A DNA stretch of 34,301 nt from a virus (IMGVR_UViG_3300010011_000001:1-34301); one strand, 5' to 3'; shown: positions 1 to 8,908, counted from the stretch's first letter. Notes: generated by a model from the letters alone, not told the origin. A program made the numbers and translations.

Positions 1-12
1 AAGAACACCACC

Positions 13-93
<81 letters not shown>

Positions 94-270
94 AGAAAGG
101 GAAGGACTTCGGGGAGAGATTAAGGGAAGGATTAAGCTAAACCCCTGTCCTTCCCCTAACTGCATTCTTCATTCCCTTCCCTCTCCATAATCCCTATCCT
201 CTCTTTATATACCCTCCTTTCCGTTATAGAGCAAGGATATAAACAGTCGTTCATGTGAAAAATGTCGCAG

Positions 271-300
271 TGTGGATAACATGTGGATAACTTATCCACA
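271..300. promoter_or_regulatory. cluster of three perfect DnaA boxes
   Basis: TGTGGATAA at 271-279 and 282-290, TTATCCACA at 292-300; all match the consensus DnaA box TTATCCACA. Confidence 0.8.
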
Positions 301-340
301 GGTGCGCAACCCATGCCCAACGTAACACGTCCTACGTTGA

Positions 341-360
341 GCGATACCCATGTGGGGTAT
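341..360. repeat. imperfect palindrome GCGATACCCATGTGGGGTAT, copy 1
   Basis: Near-identical copy GCGATACCCATGTGGGTAT at 1566-1584. Confidence 0.6.
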
Positions 361-523
361 CCGATTCGTGCCCTTCCTGCGCATGGCGGGGGATGAAGAA
401 TGCGACAACGATGCTGGTTTGTGGCTCATGATCGACGCCCTTCATGCGCAAAAATGGGCTTGATCAGCGTAAGACGGGTTACGTTGGGGATACGGGATAG
501 GGGTATCGGGAATGTGAGGAATG

Positions 524-552
524 AAAAAAGGCCGACCCGTGAAGGCCGGCCC
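524..552 (-). terminator. intrinsic terminator of the leftward three-gene cassette
   Basis: Minus strand reads GGCCGGCC-TTCAC-GGGTCGGCC followed by TTTTTT, just after the stop at 567. Confidence 0.8.
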
Positions 553-566
553 TGCGTGAGGATGGG

Positions 567-824
567 CTACTTTATTACCCTTGCCCAAAATTCATCCTCG
601 GTTTCGGTGTAATCGGGTACTCCGTTGGCATAGTCGAACGTTTCGGGATCAAATCCCGTTGTGTCGTCGAGCCTGAATTCATCGACTATGGGCGTGTCGT
701 CGTTGCGATTGTAGAAATTCAAGAACCAACAATCTTCGCCGTCGAAAATCCAAAAAAGTTCGTCGTCGCTGCTCCATATCACGTTTACGCTTGCATCATA
801 AATCAGCCTTTCCTTCCTAGACAT
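567..824 (-). CDS. small highly acidic hypothetical protein (85 aa)
   Basis: Start moved to MSRKE because of the SD GGAGGCGATCAGG-ATG. About 22 D/E versus 7 K/R, and aromatic-rich. Confidence 0.7.
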   Translation of the reverse strand: MSRKERLIYDASVNVIWSSDDELFWIFDGEDCWFLNFYNRNDDTPIVDEFRLDDTTGFDPETFDYANGVPDYTETEDEFWARVIK

Positions 825-1173
825 CCTGATCGCCTCCGTCTTCTTCTTCCTCATTCAGCAATTCCCATGCCAACCACTGTGCCGTATGCCATACCATCGC
901 AGTTTTGAACGACTCTTCGCCTTCGACGCCAAAGACGTCGAGGCAGTCGGCCATGTACTGCATAAGATTCCTGCTGCTGCATGTTTGAACTCCCCTTGCC
1001 ATTGTTTCCCATATGTCGTTATGAAATCGATCGTAAAGCTTGTTGGTATCCTCAGTTGTTGCCATTCCCGTAAACCCGCTTTGTGCTCCTCTCGTGCAAA
1101 GATAGTACAGATCCGTTTTGTCAAAATTAGTACGCAACCAATCCTTAAATGTCTTTGTCTTCCCCCTTGTCAT
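817..1173 (-). CDS. hypothetical phage early protein (118 aa) with acidic C-terminus
   Basis: SD AAGGAGGGG before MTRGK. The pattern G..SG......DT..LYD.F...IW...K..MVW resembles a widespread helical phage early-protein family (recalled, not searched). Confidence 0.7.
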   Translation of the reverse strand: MTRGKTKTFKDWLRTNFDKTDLYYLCTRGAQSGFTGMATTEDTNKLYDRFHNDIWETMARGVQTCSSRNLMQYMADCLDVFGVEGEESFKTAMVWHTAQWLAWELLNEEEEDGGDQDV

Positions 1174-1218
1174 TGCTGACCCCTCCTTTAATATTGGCCG
1201 GCTTCGGCCGGCCATTCA

Positions 1219-1476
1219 TTACCATTTACGACCGGCAAAGTAGCCGACTAGCTTGCCGTCCAGGTAGACGTACACGATGCGATGTTCTGTGCCGTACCAG
1301 AACCTGATCATCAGCCTATCGTCATCCACATTGCGCAGTTTCCTGAATATCCGCCGTGCTGCCTCGGCCACGGTCGGAGCATCGATGAAGTCTATCATCG
1401 AATCTCCGAGCACCGCATTGCCAACATGTTTTGCCTTGTTTCTACCAACCTTATATGCCATGCTTCCCCTTGCCAT
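1219..1476 (-). CDS. hypothetical protein (85 aa), first gene of the leftward cassette
   Basis: SD AAGGAGGGATCAGCA-ATG, located downstream of a sigma70-type promoter. Confidence 0.7.
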   Translation of the reverse strand: MARGSMAYKVGRNKAKHVGNAVLGDSMIDFIDAPTVAEAARRIFRKLRNVDDDRLMIRFWYGTEHRIVYVYLDGKLVGYFAGRKW

Positions 1477-1513
1477 TGCTGATCCCTCCTTATGTATTAT
1501 CCCTTGCGAATAT

Positions 1514-1543
1514 ATGATATCACTTATTGTGTATTTCCGTCAA
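1514..1543 (-). promoter_or_regulatory. sigma70-type early promoter
   Basis: Minus strand TTGACG-N18-TATCAT with an extended -10 TGn, ~40 bp upstream of the ATG at 1476. Confidence 0.6.
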
Positions 1544-1565
1544 GCCCTGACCATTCCTGACCATT

Positions 1566-1584
1566 GCGATACCCATGTGGGTAT
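1566..1584. repeat. palindrome GCGATACCCATGTGGGTAT, copy 2
   Basis: Matches 341-360 and is preceded by the tandem repeat CCTGACCATT x2 (1546-1565). Confidence 0.6.
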
Positions 1585-1618
1585 GCGGGACGGCCGTCGG
1601 ATGTCGGGGAAATTTGCC

Positions 1619-1648
1619 TTGACTTTGTGCCGCAGGTTAGGTTAGGAT
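1619..1648 (+). promoter_or_regulatory. possible rightward promoter upstream of the terminase genes
   Basis: TTGACT-N18-TAGGAT, divergent from the 1514-1543 promoter. Confidence 0.35.
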
Positions 1649-1820
1649 AATTTTGTTAGGCGGACAAAGCATGCTTTTTGTGGAGACGGGGGTAGGGGCC
1701 CAAAAAGGCGGGGCACGAGCGAGGGGATAAGACCCCCCTCCCCCCTCCGCAAAAAATTCTCACTTCACTCTACTAAAGCGCCCTTCACTCCCCGCCTGAC
1801 GATCATACGGAGGTGATCCA

Positions 1821-2342
1821 ATGGCCCGCAAAGCCAATCTCCAGTATCCCAAACAGGAAACTCCCCTTGCCGCTCAGGCCTTCAAGACCTACTACGAACT
1901 AGGCGACAAGCGCACTCTCCGTGCCGTGGCAGAAAAGCTTAACATCTCCATCACGACCGTGAAGCGCTATTCCAATATGTTCAACTGGGCCGACAGGGTA
2001 GCCGAACTCGACAAGGCACAGGTCGAGGCCACCCATAAGGCATTGGTGCGGAACACGATCGAATCCAAGATGCAGACCATGGAGATCAACCAAAAATTAA
2101 AGGACGACTTCGCCCGCATGGTAAACGAGGGCAAGGTGCGCATAAGGACGATCAAGGACTATATCAGCGTGGACAGACACGATCTTCTCGTGCGGGGCGA
2201 GCCCACGGAGAGGACGGAGTCCACGAACATCGAACTCAAAGGGCAGGTGAAAAATCTCCTTGCCATGATCGGCTCCCGCATCGCAGAAAGCGGAGACGAG
2301 CAGATCAAGGCGCTGCTTGCGGAGTTCACGGATGGTGAATAA
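1821..2342 (+). CDS. terS: terminase small subunit (N-terminal HTH)
   Basis: AFKTYYELGDKRTLRAVAEKLNISITTVKRYS..FNW.DR HTH signature, SD GGAGGTGATC, directly upstream of TerL. Confidence 0.8.
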   Translation: MARKANLQYPKQETPLAAQAFKTYYELGDKRTLRAVAEKLNISITTVKRYSNMFNWADRVAELDKAQVEATHKALVRNTIESKMQTMEINQKLKDDFARMVNEGKVRIRTIKDYISVDRHDLLVRGEPTERTESTNIELKGQVKNLLAMIGSRIAESGDEQIKALLAEFTDGE

Positions 2343-3990
2343 ATATCTTCATCCCCCTAAAAGCAACGAATACGGAGTGGTGCTCCAGGACACGAGGGAG
2401 AAGGCCCATGCATATTATTTCTCGGCCATAGCGGGGGCCAACAAACTAGGCGAGCAGGCGCTGAAGGAAGTCTTAAGAAGCCTTTGTCTCGGCGATCTGT
2501 TTTTCCTCATCGTATATGGCCTTGGCTGCACGTTCGCCGACAACGATTGGGTGTTCGAACGAAGCAGGGAGGTGCAGAAGCACCCAGACGGCTACGTGGA
2601 TCTCTGGAGCCGTGAGCACTACAAGAGCACCGTGATCACTTTCGCCCTCACCGTACAGGAGATATTGAAGAACCCCGAAATCACCATATGCATCTTTTCA
2701 GTCACCCGTCCGATGGCCAAGCAGTTTCTGGCCCAGATCAAGAGGGAGTTCGAGAAGAACGCATTCTTAAAAGAATTATTCCCCGACGTGCTTTATTCCA
2801 AGCCCCAGCAGGAAAGCCCCAAGTGGAACGAGGACGACGGGCTGATTGTGAGAAGGACGGGCAACCCGAAGGAGGCCACGCTTGAGGCTTACGGGCTGTC
2901 CGATGACTCCCAACCCACGTCCAAGCACTACGACATAAAGATATACGACGACGTGATCACGGAACGGTCGGTTACCAGCCAGGAGATGATCGAGAAAGCC
3001 ATGACGGGCATCAGATTGTCCATGAACCTGTCCAAGACCGATCCCAAAAGCGGAAAGATCATCACGAAAAACAGGTTTGTGGGCACCAGATGGGACTTAG
3101 ACGACCCGTACGGGAAGATCATTGCCGAAGGGATTGCGGAAGAGCGCAGGAGGCCGGGAGTGATCGTGATGGAAGACGGAAGGCTTAAATCGGTCGGGCC
3201 GTGGAGCGACGAGACGGCCGAGGCAAAGAGGAAGGAATTGGGGGACTATATATTCTCATGCCAGATCCTCCTTGATCCCGTAGCTGCGTCGTCCCAGAAG
3301 TTCAAGGAGGAATGGCTGAGGTTCTGGGATGCAGAAAACCTGCGCAATCTCAACATCTACATCGTCGTCGACCCAGCTGGGAGCAGGAAGGGCAAGGACG
3401 CCGATTATACAGTATTCAACGTTTTCGGCGTTGACAGTCTTGACAATCGCTTAATAATACGATTAATTAGGGATAGGCTAAACTTGGTAGAGAGGGCTAA
3501 CATTTTGTTCGACCTGGTTCGTGAATTCCCCAAAGTTCTGAAAGTCGGGTACGAGCAGGTTGGCATGCAGGCCGACATCGAACATATCCAGTACCGCATG
3601 AAGCAGGAAAACTTTCGTTTTACCATCGTTCCATTGGGCACCACCAAGCGTCTCACCAGCGACGCCAACAAGCACGTGGGAGGCAAGATCAAGAAGGAAG
3701 ACGCCATCGCTGCACTGGTTGCACCCTTCGAGGCTGGTCGCATATATCTCCCCTATCACTGCTGGTACACCGACAGCACGGGCACGGCGAAGGACATGAC
3801 GAGGGTATTCATCGAGGAGGAATATTTGAAGTGGTACCCTGGTGCCCAGTGCCACGACGACATGCTGGACACGATGCACATGATGTTCCACCAGGACTTG
3901 GACGTGAGGGTGCCGAACGTGGAGATGTACGAAAGGCACAGAGACAGGAAAGCAATAGCAGGTGCGGTATATTCGCACAGGAGGGGATAA
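2332..3990 (+). CDS. terL: terminase large subunit
   Basis: Walker A-like SREHYKST, Walker B IKIYDD, coupling motif VGTRW, RNase H-like IVVDPA and HDDMLD. Start set at ATG 2332 after GGAG. Confidence 0.92.
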   Translation: MVNKYLHPPKSNEYGVVLQDTREKAHAYYFSAIAGANKLGEQALKEVLRSLCLGDLFFLIVYGLGCTFADNDWVFERSREVQKHPDGYVDLWSREHYKSTVITFALTVQEILKNPEITICIFSVTRPMAKQFLAQIKREFEKNAFLKELFPDVLYSKPQQESPKWNEDDGLIVRRTGNPKEATLEAYGLSDDSQPTSKHYDIKIYDDVITERSVTSQEMIEKAMTGIRLSMNLSKTDPKSGKIITKNRFVGTRWDLDDPYGKIIAEGIAEERRRPGVIVMEDGRLKSVGPWSDETAEAKRKELGDYIFSCQILLDPVAASSQKFKEEWLRFWDAENLRNLNIYIVVDPAGSRKGKDADYTVFNVFGVDSLDNRLIIRLIRDRLNLVERANILFDLVREFPKVLKVGYEQVGMQADIEHIQYRMKQENFRFTIVPLGTTKRLTSDANKHVGGKIKKEDAIAALVAPFEAGRIYLPYHCWYTDSTGTAKDMTRVFIEEEYLKWYPGAQCHDDMLDTMHMMFHQDLDVRVPNVEMYERHRDRKAIAGAVYSHRRG

Positions 3991-3991
3991 G

Positions 3992-4321
3992 ATGAGCGGA
4001 GTAGTCACGGCAATAGGGAGTCTGTTTGGGGGAGGAGCGTTGGGTACGGCCATAGGCACGGCAGCCGTAGGGCTTGGGGCAAGTGAATTGGTGAAATCGG
4101 CCATGCCAAGCCCGAGCATCACAGTACCTGAAATAAAGCAGCCCGAACCGCCTCAAATACCGGGAGTGCCGAGTATTGTAGATATAAGCAAGGGCGAGGC
4201 GGAAACTACTACTGTAAAGCGCAGGAAAGCTGCTGCCCGCACACAGACCATCTACACAACTCCTCTCGGTCTTTCTACTACATCATCCCCCACTGGCAAG
4301 AAGACTCTGCTTGGGGGGTAA
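3992..4321 (+). CDS. small virion protein preceding the portal (TLLG-tail type)
   Basis: Gly/Ala-rich N-terminus, Pro-rich linker and C-terminal KKTLLGG, typical of the pre-portal gene in BPP-1/T7-like podophages. Confidence 0.7.
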   Translation: MSGVVTAIGSLFGGGALGTAIGTAAVGLGASELVKSAMPSPSITVPEIKQPEPPQIPGVPSIVDISKGEAETTTVKRRKAAARTQTIYTTPLGLSTTSSPTGKKTLLGG

Positions 4322-4325
4322 TTAA

Positions 4326-5939
4326 GTGATCACATACGAACAGGCCCAAGTTAGACTGCGGGACATGAAGGCTGAGCGTTCCAACTGGGAGTCGCTGTGG
4401 AGGGACGTGGCAAGCTACGTGCTCCCCCGCAGGCTCAAGGAAGAGGAGCGCACGTCGGGCCAGAACTTGTACTCTCTCATGTACGACTCGACGGCCGAGC
4501 GGGCCAACAACAGGCTTGCGGCCGTGATCCAGTCCATGCTCACCAACCCGTCGTCCAGATGGTTTTCGCTGAAAGTAAATAGCCCTACGCTCATGGAGGA
4601 TGAGGCCACGCTGGAATGGCTTGAGGCCAACAGGGATATAGCGCTGCAGCTCATGAGCGACAGCAACTTCTCGCAGGCTGCAGACGAGCTTTACCTGGAT
4701 ATAGGAGCCATAGGCACTGGCGTGATGCTGGTGAGCGAAGGGCGAAACAAGCCCCTCCATTTCCAGACTCTTCCCATATACGAATGTTACCTCGCAGAAA
4801 ATGACGAGGGCATAGTCGACACGCTCTACCGTGAATATTCGCTCACCGTGTGGCAGTTCGTGCAGAAGTTCGGCGACGCCACGCCCGCATTCATCATGGA
4901 GAAGTACAAGGCACGTCGTTTCGAGGACAGGCACAAGGTGCTTCATGTGATAGAGCCGAGAGAAGGAGTGCCAAAGGTGCCGTCCAACTCAAAGGAGTTC
5001 CCCTATGCGTCCTACTACTTTTCGGCCGACACGGGAGAGCTGCTTCACGAGGGTGGATACAAGACCTTCCCAGCAGTATGCCCCAGATGGAGGAAGGCAT
5101 CGGGTGAGGTCTACGGACGTGGCCCTGGCCTTGAGGCGCTGGCCGATATCAAGACATTGAACGAGATGGTCTACTCCAATCTCATGGCGGCGCACAGGGC
5201 AGTAGAGCCTCCACTTGACGTGGAAGAGGACGCTTACACCGACACGCTCAACCTTTCGCCTAATGCCATCAATTACAGGCAGAAGCAATACAACAGGGCG
5301 CAGCCTCTCTACACTGTGCAGGGGCTTGCCGTATCGTTGGACATGCAAGAGGCATATAGGCGCCTCATAAACGAGTCGTTCTTCTATCAGCAGCTCACGC
5401 TCATCGAAAGCGATCGCATGACGGCCACGGAAGTGATGCAGCGCACGGAGGAAAACATGCGGATACTCGGCCCCACGTTCGGCAGGCTCCAGAGCGAATT
5501 CCTTGAGCCTCTGATAAGGCGCACATTGCAGATACTTGACGACAGAGGATTGCTTTATCCCGCTCCCGACTTTATCCGCAACGCAGGCGTGATAGTAGAG
5601 TACGAATCCCCGCTTGCCAGGGCACAGAAGTCAAGCGAACTGCAGGCAATCCAGCAGGCAATACTGATCACAGCCCCGATAGCGCAGGTGAAGCCTGACG
5701 TGATAGACATTGTGAAGTGGGACGACATAGTGAGAGAGCTATTCTTATTGAACGGCGTGGAGCAGAAGAGATTGAGGACGCAGAAGGAAGTTGAGGCCAT
5801 AAGGCAGCAGAGGCAGCAGCAACAGGTCGCCATGTACGCCATGAGCCAAATGGAGTCGATGGCCAAGGCTGCAAAGCAGGCAAGCCAGGCCAAGCCAGAA
5901 GAAGGGCTGTTGGGGCAGGTGCTTGGCAATGCAGAATAG
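4326..5939 (+). CDS. portal / head-to-tail connector (T7 gp8 / BPP-1 Bbp21-like)
   Basis: Motifs YDSTA, WFSL, YGRGPG..ALADIKTLN, MTATEV.QR.EE....LGP.FGRLQSEFL.PLI, EYESPLA.AQ. Confidence 0.93.
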   Translation: MITYEQAQVRLRDMKAERSNWESLWRDVASYVLPRRLKEEERTSGQNLYSLMYDSTAERANNRLAAVIQSMLTNPSSRWFSLKVNSPTLMEDEATLEWLEANRDIALQLMSDSNFSQAADELYLDIGAIGTGVMLVSEGRNKPLHFQTLPIYECYLAENDEGIVDTLYREYSLTVWQFVQKFGDATPAFIMEKYKARRFEDRHKVLHVIEPREGVPKVPSNSKEFPYASYYFSADTGELLHEGGYKTFPAVCPRWRKASGEVYGRGPGLEALADIKTLNEMVYSNLMAAHRAVEPPLDVEEDAYTDTLNLSPNAINYRQKQYNRAQPLYTVQGLAVSLDMQEAYRRLINESFFYQQLTLIESDRMTATEVMQRTEENMRILGPTFGRLQSEFLEPLIRRTLQILDDRGLLYPAPDFIRNAGVIVEYESPLARAQKSSELQAIQQAILITAPIAQVKPDVIDIVKWDDIVRELFLLNGVEQKRLRTQKEVEAIRQQRQQQQVAMYAMSQMESMAKAAKQASQAKPEEGLLGQVLGNAE

Positions 5940-6180
5940 CGGAGACCTGCTTGAGAAATATATAGATGCGTTCAAGACCGAGGACGAGGCAGTCCTTGAC
6001 GACCTCAAGCGCAAGTTCTACTACAATACCCCCATGTTTGATACAAAGGAGATCAACCCTTACGAACTTGCACGGAGGGAAGGCAACAGGGAAGTGCTGC
6101 TTTACATATTGGACAAAATACAAAAGGGATACGAAAGGAGGGCGACCCGCAGTGCGGACAATCGCCGAAAGAGAGTTTAA
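5929..6180 (+). CDS. small head-associated protein (Bbp19-like)
   Basis: F.TE...VL.DL......NP...A.REG.R.V.L.I pattern, between portal and scaffold. Confidence 0.65.
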   Translation: MQNSGDLLEKYIDAFKTEDEAVLDDLKRKFYYNTPMFDTKEINPYELARREGNREVLLYILDKIQKGYERRATRSADNRRKRV

Positions 6181-7060
6181 CTTGCAGCTGTTTGCAGAAG
6201 AAGAAGGGGAAACGCAGGCACCTGTGCAGGAGCATAAACAAGAAACACCTGCACAGCAGGGCGGATATGAGGGCATATTGAATTTGCAGACCGCTCCTAA
6301 GGGTGGGGATGACTGGAGGGCGCAGTTGCCCGAGGAGTTGAAGTCTCACCCGTCATTGCAGAAGTTCAACTCACCTGCGGATTTATTCAAGTCATATGTG
6401 AGCTTGGAGTCGATGCTGGGCAAAAACAAGGTGCCCATACCAGATGAGAACGCATCGCCAGAGGAATGGGATAAGTTTTATGAGAAACTTGGCAGGCCCA
6501 AGACTCCCGATGAATACGAGATAAAGCTTGACGGGGTGCAGGCCAACGAGGAGTTTTTGAACAACTACAAGCAGTGGGCCCACAAGGCAGGGTTGAACAA
6601 GCAGCAGGCTGCGGAGTTGGCCAAGCATTATGCGGAGTTCGAGAACCAGTACGTGGCCAAGCTCCAGCAGGACTTCATAAACAGGGTACAGGAGGCCAAG
6701 CGAAACCTTGCCAACGAGTGGGGGCAGAATTACGAACGCAACGTGAAGGCTGCAGAACGGGCATTGATGGCAGCGGCCAATGAGATAGATGGCCTGCAGG
6801 AATGGCTTGAGGCAAGCGGTGCCAAGGCAGACCCCGTATTCGTGAAGCTGATGCACTTCTTCGGACGGGGACTTGCCGAGGATACATTGAAGGGTGGAGG
6901 AAGGGCGATAGCACCCGAGTCGGCGGAGGCCGAGATAGAAAGGTTATTGGCCGACGACGACTTCAAGAAGAAATACCTGAGCGGGAACAAGGCTGCCGTT
7001 GAGCAAATAACAAGGCTCATGGAGGCGGCTTACGGCAACGAAGTGGCGGACTTGGGATAA
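6152..7060 (+). CDS. capsid scaffolding protein with N-terminal Prp-type cleavage motif
   Basis: GTG start after AAAGGAGG gives MRTIAEREFNLQLFAEE. Also DWRAQLPEEL, LGRP.TPDEY and a coiled-coil EWG..Y..N. Confidence 0.85.
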   Translation: MRTIAEREFNLQLFAEEEGETQAPVQEHKQETPAQQGGYEGILNLQTAPKGGDDWRAQLPEELKSHPSLQKFNSPADLFKSYVSLESMLGKNKVPIPDENASPEEWDKFYEKLGRPKTPDEYEIKLDGVQANEEFLNNYKQWAHKAGLNKQQAAELAKHYAEFENQYVAKLQQDFINRVQEAKRNLANEWGQNYERNVKAAERALMAAANEIDGLQEWLEASGAKADPVFVKLMHFFGRGLAEDTLKGGGRAIAPESAEAEIERLLADDDFKKKYLSGNKAAVEQITRLMEAAYGNEVADLG

Positions 7061-7140
7061 CCGAAAGGCCCCAAGATAAGCCACCGCCGATGCGGGCGTA
7101 AAGCGCTACAAGGCCCCAGTGCGGACAACCTTGGCGGTGG
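7043..7140 (+). promoter_or_regulatory. structured RNA element in the scaffold-capsid intergenic region
   Basis: Stems CTTGGG/CCCAAG, CCACCGCC/GGCGGTGG and CAAGG/CCTTG; the internal loop GG-AYAA-CC / GG-C-CC occurs twice. Confidence 0.6.
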
Positions 7141-7175
7141 AAGTAAAAATAAAAACAAAAAAGGAGTGAGTTGTA

Positions 7176-8057
7176 GTGGCAAATGATATCACCATGATGA
7201 TGATAAAGCAGTTCAGCACGAACGTGCAGCTACTCTGCCAGCAGCTCGACTCTAGGTTTGCAAAAGCCGTCAGGGTTGAGCCGATTCATGCGGAGTATGC
7301 GTTCTTTGACCAAATAGGGCCGGACATAGCGGAGGACATGACCACGAGGCATGGTCCTACGCCTATCATGGACGAGTTCCACCAGAGGCGCAGGGTGCAT
7401 GCCACACGCACACACATAGGGCGGTTGGTCGATAGTTACGACCTGAACAGGATACTCACCGATCCGACGTCGGCCTATGTGAAGAGTATGGTGGCTGCAC
7501 TGTTCAGGAGGCTGGACGACAAGATAATCGCTGCAGCGGTAGGGCCTGCGTATACTGGCAAGGAAGGCGAGACGGCAATTCAGTTCGATTCGGCGCATAT
7601 GGTTGTTGCGAATACCGTGGGGTCGGGTACAACGCCGACAGCGACAGGCATGAACGTCGAAAAATTGCTTGCTGCATCGGAGATATTAAATAAATATGAT
7701 GTGCCCGAAAACGACCGCTATGTGGCGATGAGTGCAAAACAGCACGCAGAGCTTCTCGCCGACCAACGCACGACCAGTAGGGATTACATCGGCACGTTCA
7801 CGCTGGAAAACGGACGCATAACCAACTTCGTAGGGTTTAATATAATCCTGTCAGAAAGGTTGCCGAAGAGCGGTAGCGACCGCGAGTGCCTGTTCTGGCA
7901 GAAGGATGGGCTGCTTCTGGCCGTGAACGAGGATATCGTATCAAGGATAGACACTCGCCCAGACCTTTCCTACTCAAAGCAAATCTACATCGCCATGGAC
8001 AACGGTGCCACCAGAATGGAAGAGTGCAGAGTTGGCAAGATACTCTGCAAGGAATAG
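7176..8057 (+). CDS. major capsid protein
   Basis: QFS.NV.LL.QQ..SR, FDQIG, DP.S.Y....AL.R..D..II.A and GATR.EE motifs of BPP-1-like capsids; SD AAGGAG; follows the scaffold. Confidence 0.88.
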   Translation: MANDITMMMIKQFSTNVQLLCQQLDSRFAKAVRVEPIHAEYAFFDQIGPDIAEDMTTRHGPTPIMDEFHQRRRVHATRTHIGRLVDSYDLNRILTDPTSAYVKSMVAALFRRLDDKIIAAAVGPAYTGKEGETAIQFDSAHMVVANTVGSGTTPTATGMNVEKLLAASEILNKYDVPENDRYVAMSAKQHAELLADQRTTSRDYIGTFTLENGRITNFVGFNIILSERLPKSGSDRECLFWQKDGLLLAVNEDIVSRIDTRPDLSYSKQIYIAMDNGATRMEECRVGKILCKE

Positions 8058-8069
8058 GGGGCGATGTAG

Positions 8070-8465
8070 ATGACGATCTACAATGGGATTAACTACGACA
8101 AATATATGGCAGGGCAGGTGCTTGACCAGGGCCTGTGGGGCGGGAAGGTGCAGGTGGCATACGACAAATTTGCGTATACTGCCAACTCGGGTAGCGGAGA
8201 CGTAGTGAAGCTATGTAAGCTACCCAAGAATGCAAGAGTACTCCCGATATCGGTGATCAAAACCAGCGCAGCAACCACCCTGTCAGTTGGGATAGAAGGT
8301 GCCACAGACAAATTTGTCAGCTCTGGTTCCGTCAATGACATTGCAACTTTCGCCAAGGCAGACGGCACGCAGCTTGGCGCAGATGGTCCGATAACGGTAA
8401 CCATCACGTCTACCAATACTGCTCCGACGATCGAAGTATGGGTCTTCTACGTACAGGCAGGATAG
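8070..8465 (+). CDS. putative capsid decoration/cement protein, paralog 1
   Basis: Small beta-rich protein after the capsid gene; GDVVKLCKLPKNARVL pattern. Confidence 0.65.
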   Translation: MTIYNGINYDKYMAGQVLDQGLWGGKVQVAYDKFAYTANSGSGDVVKLCKLPKNARVLPISVIKTSAATTLSVGIEGATDKFVSSGSVNDIATFAKADGTQLGADGPITVTITSTNTAPTIEVWVFYVQAG

Positions 8466-8476
8466 AGGTGAGGTGA

Positions 8477-8908
8477 ATGGCCGAACATAAGGGGATAAAC
8501 CTAACAGCTCACGAGGACGGCACGGTGCTTGATCCAGGCGTATGGGGCGGGAAAGTGCAGGCCATGCATGACACGGTTACATTTGCCTCCACCGCATCGG
8601 GCAACGCTGCATACTTGGGCTGGATACCGAAGAATGCACGGATACTGCCAAACTCGTTCGTGAAGTACGGGGCAATGGGAGAGGTTGGCGACCCTGCAAC
8701 TTCCGCATCGTTCAAGGTTGGCACCCTAGGCGACGACGATAAATTCGGTTCGGTATCTAACGCAAAAAATGCAGGTACGTTTCAGTTCACGTCAGTGGAT
8801 AACAACAAGGTAGGTGAGTCGGGCCCGCTGGTCATAACCATTGTCAACGCAGGAAGCGGATCAAACGTGCCCGTGGAGGCATGGATATTCTACGTGCAGG
8901 CGGGGTAA
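8477..8908 (+). CDS. putative capsid decoration/cement protein, paralog 2
   Basis: Shares GIN, VLD.G.WGGKVQ, PKNAR.LP.S and W.FYVQAG* with 8070-8465. Confidence 0.65.
   Translation: MAEHKGINLTAHEDGTVLDPGVWGGKVQAMHDTVTFASTASGNAAYLGWIPKNARILPNSFVKYGAMGEVGDPATSASFKVGTLGDDDKFGSVSNAKNAGTFQFTSVDNNKVGESGPLVITIVNAGSGSNVPVEAWIFYVQAG

Noticed and set aside
247-262. parS-like TCGTTCATGTGAAAAA beside the DnaA boxes
   Set aside because: Three mismatches break the palindrome arms, it is a single copy, and no parA/parB gene is present.
400-612. 70-aa + strand ORF and the many antisense or shadow ORFs in the track
   Set aside because: No SD, they overlap a terminator or well-supported genes on the other strand, and they have no recognisable motifs.
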